DNA of 64,000 nucleotides from an uncultured bacterium (GTDB taxonomy: Bacteria > Planctomycetota > UBA1135 > GCA-002686595), in NCBI GenBank assembly GCA_943787795.1, contig CALSNU010000003.1, positions 64,001 through 128,000 of the forward strand, in the 5' to 3' direction. Both the position numbers and the translations under genes were made by a program. Positions within the stretch are counted from its first letter, which is position 1; each line of letters begins with the position of its first letter. Under the pieces are notes generated by a model, which worked only from the letters and a program-made list of their open reading frames with translations, was not told the origin of the DNA and did not search any database. Below, piece after piece: positions 28,922-39,187 of the stretch.

Positions 28922-30625
28922 GTGAGCCAGGACCTCGGTGAAATCCTCGTAGCCTCCGGCGCGCTCCAGGAGGTCGACCTTCAGCGCGCGAGGGCCCATC
29001 AGCGCAACGGTGGCGTGGCCCTCGAGGAGGCGTTGGCCTCCCTCGGACTCGTGGATGAGCCCACCGTCTATCGGGCGCTCGCCAAGGCGGAGGGCATGCC
29101 GTTTGTGGACCTCTCCAAGGGCAAGGTCGCGGACGAGGTCGTGGGGCAGGTCCCCTCTGAGTTCGCCACCGAGCAAGGGATCATGCCCGTGATGGAGAAG
29201 GGGGGCCGACTGATCGTCGCCATCGACGACCCCTTCAAGCGGATCGTCGCCGACCAGCTGCAGTTCCTCCTGGGGGACCTGGAGGTCTCCTGCGCGATCG
29301 CCACGCCTTCGGCCCTCAAGGCTGCCATCGCGACGGCCTACGGCGCCGGGGTCGAGGACGCCGTGGCGGAGTCCATGGGCGCCGCCGTGGACGGCGACGA
29401 CGACGAGAGCGACGCCCCGATCATCCGGCTGGTCACCAACATCTTCCGGCAGGCGCTCGACCAGCGCGCCTCGGATATCCACGTCGAGCCGGGTCACGGC
29501 CGGGTCCGTGTGCGCTATCGGGTCGACGGTCTCTTGCGTGACGCTGCCGAGCACCCCGACCACCTCTCCGCGCCGCTCATGAGCCGCCTCAAGATCATGG
29601 CGCGCATGGACATCGCGGAGAAGCGCAAGCCACAGGACGGCCGCATTGGCCTGAAGCTGGGCGGCAGAGACGTCGACGTCCGCGCGTCGATTCTCCCGTC
29701 CAACCACGGTGAGACCATGGTCATGCGGCTCCTCGATCGGGGCAAGAGCCTGCTTGGCCTCGGTGACCTTGGACTCGGCATCGACGACCAGCGTTGGTTC
29801 GGGAAGATGATCACGCGGCCCAACGGGATCGTGCTCGTGACCGGTCCCACGGGGTCGGGCAAGACGACCACGCTCTACGCGGCGCTGCAGGAGTTGAACC
29901 GCGCAGACGTGAAGATCATCACGGCCGAGGATCCGGTCGAGTACCACATCCGGGGCATCAACCAGGTGCAGGTCGAGCCGCGCATCGGGCTCTCCTTCTC
30001 TCGCATCCTGAAGGCCATGCTCCGCTGCGCGCCCAACGTGATCCTCGTGGGCGAGATCCGTGACCTTGAGACCGCCGAGATCGCGATCCAGGCGGCGTTG
30101 ACCGGACACCTGGTGTTCTCGACGCTGCACACCAACGACGCGCCGAGCGCACTCACCCGCCTCGCAGACCTCGGCGTCAAGCCCTTCCTGGTCTCGGCCT
30201 CGGTGCAGGGGGTCCTCGCCCAGCGGTTGGTTCGCCGGCTCTGCTCGGACTGCGCCGAGGCGTACACGCCGTCGGAGGTCGAGGTCAACGCGCTCGGGCT
30301 GGACCCTGGCACGGTCCTCGCGGCGGGGAGCGACGTGCGCTTCAAGCGACCGCGCGGCTGCCGCAGCTGCGAGGGGAGCGGCTACCAGGGACGAGTCGCC
30401 CTGTACGAGCTCATGAGCATGGACAACACGATCCGGGACATGACGTTCCGGGGCGCGGCCCAGGGGGACGTACGCCGGACCGCCGAGGCCTCCGGCGCGC
30501 TCCGGGGTCTCGTCGAAGACGGCGCGCGGAAGGTCTCCGAGGGCGTCACCAGCGTGACCGAGGTACTCCGAGTCGTGGGTACTGACGGTCTGACTCCCGA
30601 GGAGGAGGCGTCCCTCTCGGCCTGA
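28922..30625 (+). CDS. pilB: Type IV pilus/T2SS assembly ATPase (PilB/GspE), copy 1
   Basis: LGEIL N-terminus, ASDIH.EP, R.R.DG, PQDGR, GPTGSGKTTTLY, EDPVEY, VGEIRD, TGHLV.STLHTND, CxxC...CxxC. Confidence 0.93.
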   Translation: MSQDLGEILVASGALQEVDLQRARAHQRNGGVALEEALASLGLVDEPTVYRALAKAEGMPFVDLSKGKVADEVVGQVPSEFATEQGIMPVMEKGGRLIVAIDDPFKRIVADQLQFLLGDLEVSCAIATPSALKAAIATAYGAGVEDAVAESMGAAVDGDDDESDAPIIRLVTNIFRQALDQRASDIHVEPGHGRVRVRYRVDGLLRDAAEHPDHLSAPLMSRLKIMARMDIAEKRKPQDGRIGLKLGGRDVDVRASILPSNHGETMVMRLLDRGKSLLGLGDLGLGIDDQRWFGKMITRPNGIVLVTGPTGSGKTTTLYAALQELNRADVKIITAEDPVEYHIRGINQVQVEPRIGLSFSRILKAMLRCAPNVILVGEIRDLETAEIAIQAALTGHLVFSTLHTNDAPSALTRLADLGVKPFLVSASVQGVLAQRLVRRLCSDCAEAYTPSEVEVNALGLDPGTVLAAGSDVRFKRPRGCRSCEGSGYQGRVALYELMSMDNTIRDMTFRGAAQGDVRRTAEASGALRGLVEDGARKVSEGVTSVTEVLRVVGTDGLTPEEEASLSA

Positions 30626-30673
30626 CGGCTGTCGCCGTCGAGGACGCAGCGGGCGAAGGCCCAACAAGCTCCC

Positions 30674-31723
30674 ATGAATGCCAAGGAACTGATGACCCTG
30701 TCGATCGAGGTCGGCGCCTCGGACCTCCACCTGAACCCCGGCCGGCCACCTGTCGGACGGGTCGACGGCAAGCTCGTGTCCCTGTCCACGGAGACGGTCG
30801 ACGACGCCACGGCGGAGCGCTGGTGTCGTGAGCTTTGCGACGACAAGCACTGGGATGAGCTGCAGGAGGTGGGCACCACCGATATCGGCCTGGCCCACGA
30901 GTCGGGGACCCGCTTCAGGGTGAGCTGCATGAAGCAGCGCGGGCGCTTCGGCGCCGTCCTGCGCCTGATCCCGAGCGACCTCCTGACGTTCGATCAGATC
31001 GGCCTGCCGGACACCGTGCAGCAGCTGCTGCGCCGCCCGCGGGGCCTGGTCCTGGTCACCGGGCCGACCGGCTCAGGCAAGTCCACCACGCTGGCGACGA
31101 TGATCGACTGGATCAACCAGAGCCTCGACCGGCACATCATCACGATCGAGGACCCGATCGAGTTCTATCATCGCCACGGCCAGGGGCTGGTCACGCAGCG
31201 CGAGGTCGGCCAGGACGTGCCGGACTTCCCCGAGGCCATGCGGCGCGCCCTTCGCCAGGACCCCGACGTGATCCTGCTCGGGGAGATGCGAGACCTGGAC
31301 ACCATCTCCGCGGCGCTCACCGCAGCCGAGACGGGCCACCTGGTCTTCGGCACGCTGCACACCACGGGTAGCGCCCGGACGATCAACCGGATCATCGACG
31401 CCTACCCGGCGAACCAGCAGGAGCAGGTCCGGGCCCAGCTCAGCGTCGCGCTGGTCGCGGTGGTGAGCCAGGTGCTCATGCCGAAGGACGGCGGCAAGGG
31501 GCGCGTGGCGGGCTTCGAGGTGATGATCAACAACCCCGCCATCGCGAACCTCATCCGGAAGAACGAGACGAACAAGATCCAGTCCACCATCCAGACCTCC
31601 AAGCGCATGGGCATGGTGACCCTGGACGACTACCTCATGGACCTCGTGCGCGAAGGCGAGATCTCTGCGCAGACGGCCCTCGACTACGCCCAGGACCCCA
31701 GGGATCTGGAGGCGCGGCTGTGA
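30674..31723 (+). CDS. pilT: Type IV pilus retraction ATPase PilT
   Basis: ASDLHL, GPTGSGKSTTLA, TIEDPIEF, QREVG.D, LRQDPDVIL.GEMRD, AAETGHLV.GTLHT, AIANLIR motif. Confidence 0.95.
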   Translation: MNAKELMTLSIEVGASDLHLNPGRPPVGRVDGKLVSLSTETVDDATAERWCRELCDDKHWDELQEVGTTDIGLAHESGTRFRVSCMKQRGRFGAVLRLIPSDLLTFDQIGLPDTVQQLLRRPRGLVLVTGPTGSGKSTTLATMIDWINQSLDRHIITIEDPIEFYHRHGQGLVTQREVGQDVPDFPEAMRRALRQDPDVILLGEMRDLDTISAALTAAETGHLVFGTLHTTGSARTINRIIDAYPANQQEQVRAQLSVALVAVVSQVLMPKDGGKGRVAGFEVMINNPAIANLIRKNETNKIQSTIQTSKRMGMVTLDDYLMDLVREGEISAQTALDYAQDPRDLEARL

Positions 31724-33402
31724 CCGAAGGAGGACCCTCTCCGGGCCGCCCGCTCCTCGGGCAGGTCCTCAAGGCCCGCGGGATCATCCGTGAGAGTCAG
31801 GTGCAGGCCGCCCTCGGCGAGCAGCGCACCCACGGCGGGCTGATCGGTCAGGCGCTGGTCGAGATGGGGGCGTGCACGCCCGGGGACCTCGCGCTGGCCC
31901 TCGCCGAGCAGGCGGGGATGGAGACCGTTGACCTGAGCCAGGAGCGCCCGACGGAGGAGGCGATCGGCACCATCGATGGTTCGGCCGCGCACGCCTACGG
32001 CGTCCTGCCCCTTCGCCTCGAGGGAGGCGTCCTGCTCGTGGCGCTCGCGGACCCGATGAACACCGCGGTGCTCGAGGACCTCTCCTTCACCACCGGCTAC
32101 GAGACCCGCGCCGTGGTCGCGGACGGGGAGCTGATCCGCTCCCTGGTCCTGGAGCTCTACGGCGAGGAGTCCACGCTGGCGGACGCCATCGCGGACGCAG
32201 CCAACGCCTCGATTGGCGGCGACGCCGAGAGCGCCGCCCAGAGCAAGCCGGTGGTGCGGCTGCTCAACTCCATCCTGCACCGCGCGATTCGCGACCGTGC
32301 GAGCGACGTGCACTTCGAGGTGTACGAGGACGTGTTCCGCATCCGGTACCGCGTCGATGGTTCGCTCTACGAGGTCGAGGCGCCGCCTCCGCACCTGGCC
32401 GTGCCGCTGGTGAGCCGCATCAAGGTGATGGCCGATCTGGATATCACCGAGGGGCGGGTGCCGCAGGACGGGCGCATCGAATTGGCCATCGATGGGCGCC
32501 CCGTGGACCTGCGCGTCGCGACGCTGCCAGGGGCCGCGGGTGAGGGCTGCGTGATGCGAGTGCTCGACCGCTCGGCGGTGAGCCTGGACCTCGAGGCGCT
32601 GGGGTTGCAGCCCCACGACGAGGCGGCTCTGCGGGCGATGACGACGCTGCCCCACGGCATCGTGCTGGTCACCGGGCCCACGGGCTCGGGCAAGACGACC
32701 ACGCTCTACGCGATGCTCTCCGAGGCCAACTCTCCGGACACGAAGATCATCACGGTGGAGGACCCGGTGGAGTACGACATCGCCGGGATCGTTCAGGTGC
32801 CCATCAACGACGAGATCGGCGTCACCTACGCGAGCGTGCTGCGCTCGATCCTGCGCCAGGATCCAGACAAGATCCTCGTGGGCGAGATCCGCGACAAGGA
32901 GACAGGCGCCACGGCCGTGGAGGCCAGCCTGACCGGCCACACGGTGTTCGCCACCATCCACACCAACGACGCGCCCAGCACGGTGACGCGGCTCGTGGAC
33001 ATGGGGGTGGAGCCCTTCCTCATCTCGGCCACCCTTGAGTCGGTGGTGGCCCAGCGGCTCGTTCGCTCGGTCTGCTCGGACTGCCGCATCGAGTTCGAGC
33101 CAGATGAGGAAGTCCTCATGGAGCTGGGCCCTGACGCCGACCTGGTCCGGGGGCGAACGCTGTCCTACGGCAAGGGCTGCGAGAAGTGCCACCACACGGG
33201 CTATCGTGGCCGGACGGGCCTCTTCGAGATCATGACGATCGACGATGAGGTGCGCCGGCTGATCGAGGCCAACGCCTCGATCGAGGAGCTACGTGAGGCG
33301 GCGCTGAACGGCGGCATGAGGTCCCTCCGGGAGGCAGGCCTGCGGGCTGCCGCTGAGGGACGCACCACGATCGAAGAAGTCATCCGGGAGACGCTCGTCT
33401 GA
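31720..33402 (+). CDS. pilB: Type IV pilus/T2SS assembly ATPase (PilB/GspE), copy 2
   Basis: LLGQVL N-terminus, ASDVHFE, PQDGRI, GPTGSGKTTTLY, EDPVEY, LRQDPD, TGH.V..T.HTND, CxxC...CxxC. Confidence 0.93.
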   Translation: MTEGGPSPGRPLLGQVLKARGIIRESQVQAALGEQRTHGGLIGQALVEMGACTPGDLALALAEQAGMETVDLSQERPTEEAIGTIDGSAAHAYGVLPLRLEGGVLLVALADPMNTAVLEDLSFTTGYETRAVVADGELIRSLVLELYGEESTLADAIADAANASIGGDAESAAQSKPVVRLLNSILHRAIRDRASDVHFEVYEDVFRIRYRVDGSLYEVEAPPPHLAVPLVSRIKVMADLDITEGRVPQDGRIELAIDGRPVDLRVATLPGAAGEGCVMRVLDRSAVSLDLEALGLQPHDEAALRAMTTLPHGIVLVTGPTGSGKTTTLYAMLSEANSPDTKIITVEDPVEYDIAGIVQVPINDEIGVTYASVLRSILRQDPDKILVGEIRDKETGATAVEASLTGHTVFATIHTNDAPSTVTRLVDMGVEPFLISATLESVVAQRLVRSVCSDCRIEFEPDEEVLMELGPDADLVRGRTLSYGKGCEKCHHTGYRGRTGLFEIMTIDDEVRRLIEANASIEELREAALNGGMRSLREAGLRAAAEGRTTIEEVIRETLV

Positions 33403-33403
33403 T

Positions 33404-34546
33404 ATGGCAAAGAGAATCCAGCGATCCACCCCCGCGCCGAAGCGGGCCCAGGTAGCCGGCGCCCCCGGGGAGGCCCCCGCGCGCAAGCGAAAGGGCGGCC
33501 GCGTGAACGCCGCCCTGGTCACCGACTTTACGGTGCAGCTCGCCACGCTCTCCGACGCGGGGATCCCCGTGGTGAAGGCCCTGACGATCCTCGAGGGGCA
33601 GACCGAACCGGGGCCGTTCAAGGACATCCTCCGTGAGATCACGGAGGACGTCTCCGGCGGAGCGCCCCTCTCGGATGCCCTGGCGAAGCACGACAAGGTC
33701 TTCGACACCCTCTACTCGTCGATGGTCCGCGCGGGCGAGGTCGGCGGCGTGCTGGACCGCGTGCTCGATCGCCTCGCCGAATTCCGCGAGAAGGCCGCCG
33801 ATATCCGCTCGAAGATCAAGCAGGCGGTCATCTATCCGACGATCCTGATCATGGTCTCGGTGGTCGTCGTGTCCGCGGTGATCATCTTCGTGATCCCGAC
33901 CTTCGATGAGATCTTCAAGAGCTTCGATGTCGACCTCCCTGAGCCGACGCTGATCCTCCTCGGCCTCAGCGGCTTCATGACGTCGTACTGGTACCTCGTC
34001 TTCGGTGTGCCGGCGCTCGCCTTCGTCGGGCACAAGGTTGCGATCGGTCGGAACCGTGGGTACCGGCGGGGTTGGCACGCCGTCCTGCTGAAGATTCCGT
34101 TCCTCGGGACGGTGCTGAACCGCTCGATGACGGCCATGTTCGCCCGCACCTTTGGGACGCTCGTTCAGGCCGGCGTACCTCACCTCGACGCCCTCGGGAT
34201 CGTCCGGGACGCGAGCGGTAATGAGGTCCTGGTGGACGCCGTCGAGGACATCCGCCGGACCGTCCGCGAGGGTGAAGGCATCGCGCGCCCGATGGGTGAG
34301 ACCGGGCTCTTCGATGACGTCGTCACCAACATGGTGGACGTCGGTGAAGAGACGGGGGAGCTCGACTCGATGCTCCTCAAGGTCGCGGACGCCTATGATG
34401 AACAGGTGGACAGGAAGCTCGCGGCGCTCTTCAAGGTGCTTGAGCCGGCCATCCTGGTGCTCATGGCGGTGTTGATCGGCGGGCTCGTGGTCGCGCTCAT
34501 CTTGCCTTTGACGGAGATGATGAGCACCATCGGCTCACAGGGCTGA
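33404..34546 (+). CDS. pilC: Type IV pilus/T2SS inner-membrane platform protein (PilC/GspF)
   Basis: FT.QLATL..AGIP...AL, G..LS.AL..H..VF..LY..MV.AGE.GG.L, M..VGEETG.LD.ML.KVA..Y, LEP. Confidence 0.95.
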   Translation: MAKRIQRSTPAPKRAQVAGAPGEAPARKRKGGRVNAALVTDFTVQLATLSDAGIPVVKALTILEGQTEPGPFKDILREITEDVSGGAPLSDALAKHDKVFDTLYSSMVRAGEVGGVLDRVLDRLAEFREKAADIRSKIKQAVIYPTILIMVSVVVVSAVIIFVIPTFDEIFKSFDVDLPEPTLILLGLSGFMTSYWYLVFGVPALAFVGHKVAIGRNRGYRRGWHAVLLKIPFLGTVLNRSMTAMFARTFGTLVQAGVPHLDALGIVRDASGNEVLVDAVEDIRRTVREGEGIARPMGETGLFDDVVTNMVDVGEETGELDSMLLKVADAYDEQVDRKLAALFKVLEPAILVLMAVLIGGLVVALILPLTEMMSTIGSQG

Positions 34547-34582
34547 GCGGCTCTCAGCTGCCCTCCCTCCCAGAGAAAGACG

Positions 34583-36232
34583 TTGGACCCAGAACAAAGA
34601 TCAGACTTCCAGCCCCCCTCTCGCTCGCTTGCGGGGGAGCCGAGCAACGGCCGACCGGGGCTTCCCTGGCGCCGTTCGATTCGCGGTCCGATCGCTGCGG
34701 CGGTCATCGTCGCCAACCTGGTCTCCTTCGCTGTGCTGGCCGCCCTCAACGAGGCCGCTGCTCGGTCCGATCGTGAGGTGATCGCCTACGACTACTCCCT
34801 GCAACTGAGCGCCTTCCTCGATGACGTGGTCGTTGGGGTTCGCCTCCGGCCCGACGCCGTGATGGGCTGGAACGGCTGGAGGAACTTTGACGATGTCATC
34901 GTGGCCCAGGCGCCGGAGGAGCTGTCCGATGGAACCTTCGACGTGGCGGGCGTCTACTTGAACCCCCTCGGGCGCGCGCAGAGGCCCGCTGACTTCAGGG
35001 AGGACGAGGCGCTGCGGATGATGTCGCAGGCGGTCAAAGGGCGAGCGCTGGTGAGCAACAGCTTCGGCGCCGCGGCGCCGGTGCTGACCAATAACGGGGT
35101 CGCGTGGGGGGCGGCGTGGTTCCGGATCTCGCCCATCCAGTTTGCGGCGTCCCGGACCCGTGAGCTCGTGCCGGCCTTTCTGCTGGTGCTCGCAGGTGTC
35201 ACCTTGAGCACCCTGGTGCTGCTGCGGCGGACGGTCCTGGACCCCGTCGCGGGGCTCGCACGAGCAGCCGGTCGTCTGGAGTCCGGCGACCTCTCCGCGC
35301 GAGCCCTCGCGCGGGGCCGGCAGGAGGATGAGCTCGGCGGACTCGTCGGGACGTTCAACGCGATGGCGGCTCGCCTGGAGCGCTACAACCGCGACCTCGA
35401 GGTGGCCGTTCAGGAGGCCACGGAGCGGGTCAGGAGCGCCGAGGCGGCGGCGATGACGCAGCGCCGCCTGGCGGCCACCGGCGAGCTCGCAGCAGGGATC
35501 GCCCACGAGCTGAACAACCCGCTGGGCGGGCTCGCGAACGCGGTCGAGGCGCTCAAGCGGGAGGACCTCCCGACCGCGCGGCGTCGGGAGTACCTCGAGC
35601 TGGTGAGCGGCGGACTGCAGCGCATGGGGGAGACGGTCGGCCGGCTCCTGCGGCTCTCTCCACGGGAGGCGACGCTCGAGGAGATGCGCGTGGATCGACC
35701 CCTCGCCGACTCGCTGGGCCTGATTCGCCACCGGGCGGAACGGCTCGGAGTACAGCTCGAACTCCAGCTGGAGTCGAGCGCAGGTAAGGAGGTCCTCGAC
35801 CCCTTCCTGCCTGCATCTATGGAGCGGATCCGGGGCCTTCCCGTGCTCCGCGGCGCGGCGAACGAGCTGGGCCAGGTCTTCCTGAACCTGTTCGTCAACT
35901 CGCTGGACGCGATCGAGGGGGGCCGTGAGAGCGGGAGCCTCCCGGCGACCCGCGGGTGCATCTCCGTGGAGCTTGGGCTGACCGACGCAGGGGGAGTCCG
36001 GCTGGTCTTCGAGGACGATGGTCCCGGCGTCGGGGCAGAGGTCCTGGAGCGGGCCGCCGATCCCTTCTTCACGACGAAGGAGCAGGGCAAGGGCACAGGC
36101 CTGGGGCTCGCCATGGTCCACAACGTGGTTGCGGCCCACGGCGGGCGCGTCCTCGTCTCCAGCGTCGAGGGCGAGGGCTTCCGCGTGGCGATCGAGCTGC
36201 CTGTTCATCGAGCGGGGGGGGCGGCGTCGTGA
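34583..36232 (+). CDS. Membrane sensor histidine kinase (HAMP, HisKA, HATPase)
   Basis: Two TM segments, DELG.L...FN.M HAMP, LAAGIAHELNNPL, QVFLNL..N..DA, DDGPG, DPFFTTK..G.GTGLGL. Confidence 0.93.
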   Translation: MDPEQRSDFQPPSRSLAGEPSNGRPGLPWRRSIRGPIAAAVIVANLVSFAVLAALNEAAARSDREVIAYDYSLQLSAFLDDVVVGVRLRPDAVMGWNGWRNFDDVIVAQAPEELSDGTFDVAGVYLNPLGRAQRPADFREDEALRMMSQAVKGRALVSNSFGAAAPVLTNNGVAWGAAWFRISPIQFAASRTRELVPAFLLVLAGVTLSTLVLLRRTVLDPVAGLARAAGRLESGDLSARALARGRQEDELGGLVGTFNAMAARLERYNRDLEVAVQEATERVRSAEAAAMTQRRLAATGELAAGIAHELNNPLGGLANAVEALKREDLPTARRREYLELVSGGLQRMGETVGRLLRLSPREATLEEMRVDRPLADSLGLIRHRAERLGVQLELQLESSAGKEVLDPFLPASMERIRGLPVLRGAANELGQVFLNLFVNSLDAIEGGRESGSLPATRGCISVELGLTDAGGVRLVFEDDGPGVGAEVLERAADPFFTTKEQGKGTGLGLAMVHNVVAAHGGRVLVSSVEGEGFRVAIELPVHRAGGAAS

Positions 36233-37518
36233 TCTGGGTCTCGATCATGCTCCTCGTGCTGGTCTCGGGCACCCTCAGCAGCTCGGAGACGGCGCTGTTC
36301 AAGCTGGATGAGAGCGAGCGTGCCCTCGCGTCGCCCAGGGTCCGCCGCCTCCTGGAGGACCCGCGGTCGCTGCTGGTCACCATCCTGCTCGGCAACCTCA
36401 TCGTCAACCTGGCGTTCTTTGCCGTGGCCCCCACGGCCCTCGGGCAGCTGATCGAGACCTCGGGTGGGCTCTCTGCCGACGAGGCCTCCTTCGCGGGGGG
36501 CTTCGGGGCGCTGGTGATCCTGCTGATCAGCGGCGAGATCCTCCCCAAGGCCGTGGCCCTCAGGGCGCCGCGGGCGGTGGCGCGGCTGACCTCGGCGCCC
36601 GTCACCGTGGTGGTTCGCGCCCTCGGGCCGGCACGCCAGCTCGTGAGCGGTGCGCTGGAGTTCTCCCGGCGCCTGATCGGAGAGGACGAGCGCTCGGAGA
36701 AGGGGGTCACGCCGGAGGCGCTCGCGGAGGTCCTCGAGAGGAGCCGCAGCGAGGGCGTCCTCGCGGCCAAGGAGGCGAACCTGCTCGGCGAGATCGTGGA
36801 GCTGGAGCGGCTTCGAGTCGGCGAGGCGATGACGCCGCGGGTCGACCTCGTCATGTTCGACCTCGCGGAGGAGGACGGCTCGGCCGAGCGGCAGCGGGTG
36901 CTGGACGAGGCGCGACGCGGCCGGATGACATGGGTCCCAGCGATTCGTGGGGGCGCCGACCACGTCGCGGGCGGGATCGGTGTCCGCGACCTGCTGCTGG
37001 CTCCGGGAAGGGATCCCGAGGAGCTCGTGATGCCGGTCAAGCTCGTGCCCGAGGTCGCGCGGCTCGGGGCGCTGCTGATGGACTTCCACCTCGACCGGGT
37101 CTCCGAGGCCGTGGTCATCGACGAGTGGGGGGGGACCGCGGGGGTCGTCACCCTTGAGGACGTCTTCGAGGAGCTGGTCGGTGAGCTGCGCGTCGAGGGC
37201 GAGGAGAAGGCTCCGGAGATCGTCGGCGTGGGTGAGGGGCGCTTCCGGGTCTCGGGGAGCCTCTCTGTCCGTGATTGGAATGACTCCTTCGGGCTTCAGG
37301 TGGTGCCCGCGGCCTTCGAGACGGTTGGCGGATTCGTGAGCGCCGTGCTCGGGCGTATTCCGAAGGCCGGCGATGAGGTTGATCTCGGCGCTGGCCTGAC
37401 GGGGGTCATCGACGAGGTCCGCGGCCGCCGAGTGGTGACGTTGACCCTCATGAGCCGGCAGGGCGAAGCCCTCGTGGGCGGCGATCGGGGCCGGGACGAT
37501 CGGGAGTTGAGCTCATGA
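36229..37518 (+). CDS. CNNM/hemolysin-family protein (DUF21, CBS, CorC domains)
   Basis: S.SETALF, LLVTILLGN..VN, GEILPK..A, MTPR.D, VIDE.GGTAG.VTLED..EELVGE, ETVGGF...LGRIP..GD; GTGA overlap with kinase stop. Confidence 0.92.
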   Translation: MIWVSIMLLVLVSGTLSSSETALFKLDESERALASPRVRRLLEDPRSLLVTILLGNLIVNLAFFAVAPTALGQLIETSGGLSADEASFAGGFGALVILLISGEILPKAVALRAPRAVARLTSAPVTVVVRALGPARQLVSGALEFSRRLIGEDERSEKGVTPEALAEVLERSRSEGVLAAKEANLLGEIVELERLRVGEAMTPRVDLVMFDLAEEDGSAERQRVLDEARRGRMTWVPAIRGGADHVAGGIGVRDLLLAPGRDPEELVMPVKLVPEVARLGALLMDFHLDRVSEAVVIDEWGGTAGVVTLEDVFEELVGELRVEGEEKAPEIVGVGEGRFRVSGSLSVRDWNDSFGLQVVPAAFETVGGFVSAVLGRIPKAGDEVDLGAGLTGVIDEVRGRRVVTLTLMSRQGEALVGGDRGRDDRELSS

Positions 37519-38555
37519 GCATCCTCGTGGAATCCGCGCTCCTGCTCCTCCTCGTGGGCCTGAGCGCCACCTACTCCGGGTCGGAGACGGGCTTCTACAG
37601 CCTCTCCTCCGTGCAGGTCGACATCGACGCGCGGAGTGGCTCGCGCCGCGCCGTGCTGATGCGCTGGCTGCTGAGGAACGAGAGCGCGCTGCTGATCACC
37701 ATCTTGATCGGCAATAACCTCGCGCTCGAGCTCGCCACCCACGTGGCCGAGTCGATGACGGTGCAGCTGACCGGCTCGCACGACCCTGCGACGATCGCGC
37801 TCGTCGTCACCGCTGCGCTGACCCCGCTCGTCTTCCTGTTCGGTGAGGCCCTCCCCAAGGACGTCTTCCGGCAGCGGCCCCACGGCACCACGGCGCTGGT
37901 GGTGCCGATCATCGCCTTCTCGAGGATCCTCTTTTGGCCCCTGGAGCGAGCGCTGCGCCTGGTGACGCTGGCCCTGGAGCGGCTCCTTGGGCTCGGCGCA
38001 GAGGTGACCGCGCCCGTCGGCGGACGGGCTGCCGTGCTGGGCTTCATCGCCGAGGGGCGCCGACATGGGGTCCTCTCCCAGCGGGCGGAGGCCCTCGCCG
38101 CCAACGCCCTGCGCCTCCGCGCGATCCCGGTCTCCGAGAGCATGGTGCCCTGGGGGGAGGTCGCGGTCCTCGACCGGGGGGCGGCCAGAGAAGACCTCTT
38201 CAAGAGGGTGCGCGAGTCTCGCTTCTCGCGTCTCCCGGTCCTGGAGGACCAGGGGGGGCTGCTGCGGATCGAGGGCTACGTCCACCAGATGGAGATCCTC
38301 CACCGCGGGCACGCCCTGGGAGAGGAGGGCGAGCTGCCGGATGTGCTGGAGCAGATCAGGCCCCTACCGCGCCTCGCCCGGGATGTCCCGGTGGATCGGG
38401 CGCTGAACACCTTCGCGGCCAGCGGGCGGCGGATCGCCCTGGTGGTCACGGAGGACGTGGCCGGAGACTCTGGCCCGCTCCCCCGGGAGGCCATCCTCGG
38501 CCTCGTCTCGGTCAACGACCTCCTCGAGCGGATCTCCCACGAGGTGGTCCGGTGA
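37515..38555 (+). CDS. CNNM (DUF21-CBS) domain protein lacking CorC domain
   Basis: SA.YSGSETG.YS, LITILIGNN, FGE.LPK..F, FSRLPV, GLVS..DLL. Confidence 0.88.
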   Translation: MSILVESALLLLLVGLSATYSGSETGFYSLSSVQVDIDARSGSRRAVLMRWLLRNESALLITILIGNNLALELATHVAESMTVQLTGSHDPATIALVVTAALTPLVFLFGEALPKDVFRQRPHGTTALVVPIIAFSRILFWPLERALRLVTLALERLLGLGAEVTAPVGGRAAVLGFIAEGRRHGVLSQRAEALAANALRLRAIPVSESMVPWGEVAVLDRGAAREDLFKRVRESRFSRLPVLEDQGGLLRIEGYVHQMEILHRGHALGEEGELPDVLEQIRPLPRLARDVPVDRALNTFAASGRRIALVVTEDVAGDSGPLPREAILGLVSVNDLLERISHEVVR

Positions 38556-38612
38556 GCGGATTTTGCCGGAGCATGGCCGCAACCCGGTGTTCCCGTTAGG
38601 CTAGGCGCCGAT

Positions 38613-39077
38613 ATGCAGTCACACGAGTCGACCGAGAAAGATCTCCGCGCCGGGTCCGGCAGGGCCCAGCGGATTGCCTGGTTCGCTGCGGGCGCGGTGG
38701 CGTCCTGCGCGTCCCTCATGCTGCTCGGGCCTGCGATCGCGAGCCCCGGGCCCCAGGAGACGACAGTGGTTCGCCCCGTCCCGATGGGCGCGAGCGGGAT
38801 GGCTGCCGATTCCAACAACCGGATGATCGCGGTGACGGGCGTCGACATCACGGGCCAGTCCGTGCTCTACGTCATCGACTCGGTGAACCCGCACCTCGCC
38901 GTGTACCAGGCTTCGGGCGGAGCGTCGGGTACCCAGAACATCAAGCTCGTCGCGGCCCGCAGGATCGACCTCGACCTGCAGCTCGACGGGTTCAACGACA
39001 AGACCACGCTGGACGGTCGCCCTCTTCCCTACAAGGAACTCGAAGCACGCTTCGACGTGGAAGTGGACGAACGTTAG
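38613..39077 (+). CDS. Hypothetical exported protein
   Basis: N-terminal hydrophobic segment; beta-rich core MIAVTG....SVLYVID...LAVY...IKLVAAR.I..DL. Confidence 0.7.
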   Translation: MQSHESTEKDLRAGSGRAQRIAWFAAGAVASCASLMLLGPAIASPGPQETTVVRPVPMGASGMAADSNNRMIAVTGVDITGQSVLYVIDSVNPHLAVYQASGGASGTQNIKLVAARRIDLDLQLDGFNDKTTLDGRPLPYKELEARFDVEVDER

Positions 39078-39187
39078 CAAGGGAGTATTCGCTCCCCCTC
39101 GATTCCCCGGATCCGGTTGTACCGGACCAGACCCCCGGTAGGACGGCGCTCGCGCCCAGTCCTGCCCCAGAGCCCCCCCAATAAGGA

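Noticed and set aside
27458..30898. 1146-aa minus-strand ORF
   Set aside because: Antisense to the DUF1573, pilB and pilT genes, with no recognisable motifs.
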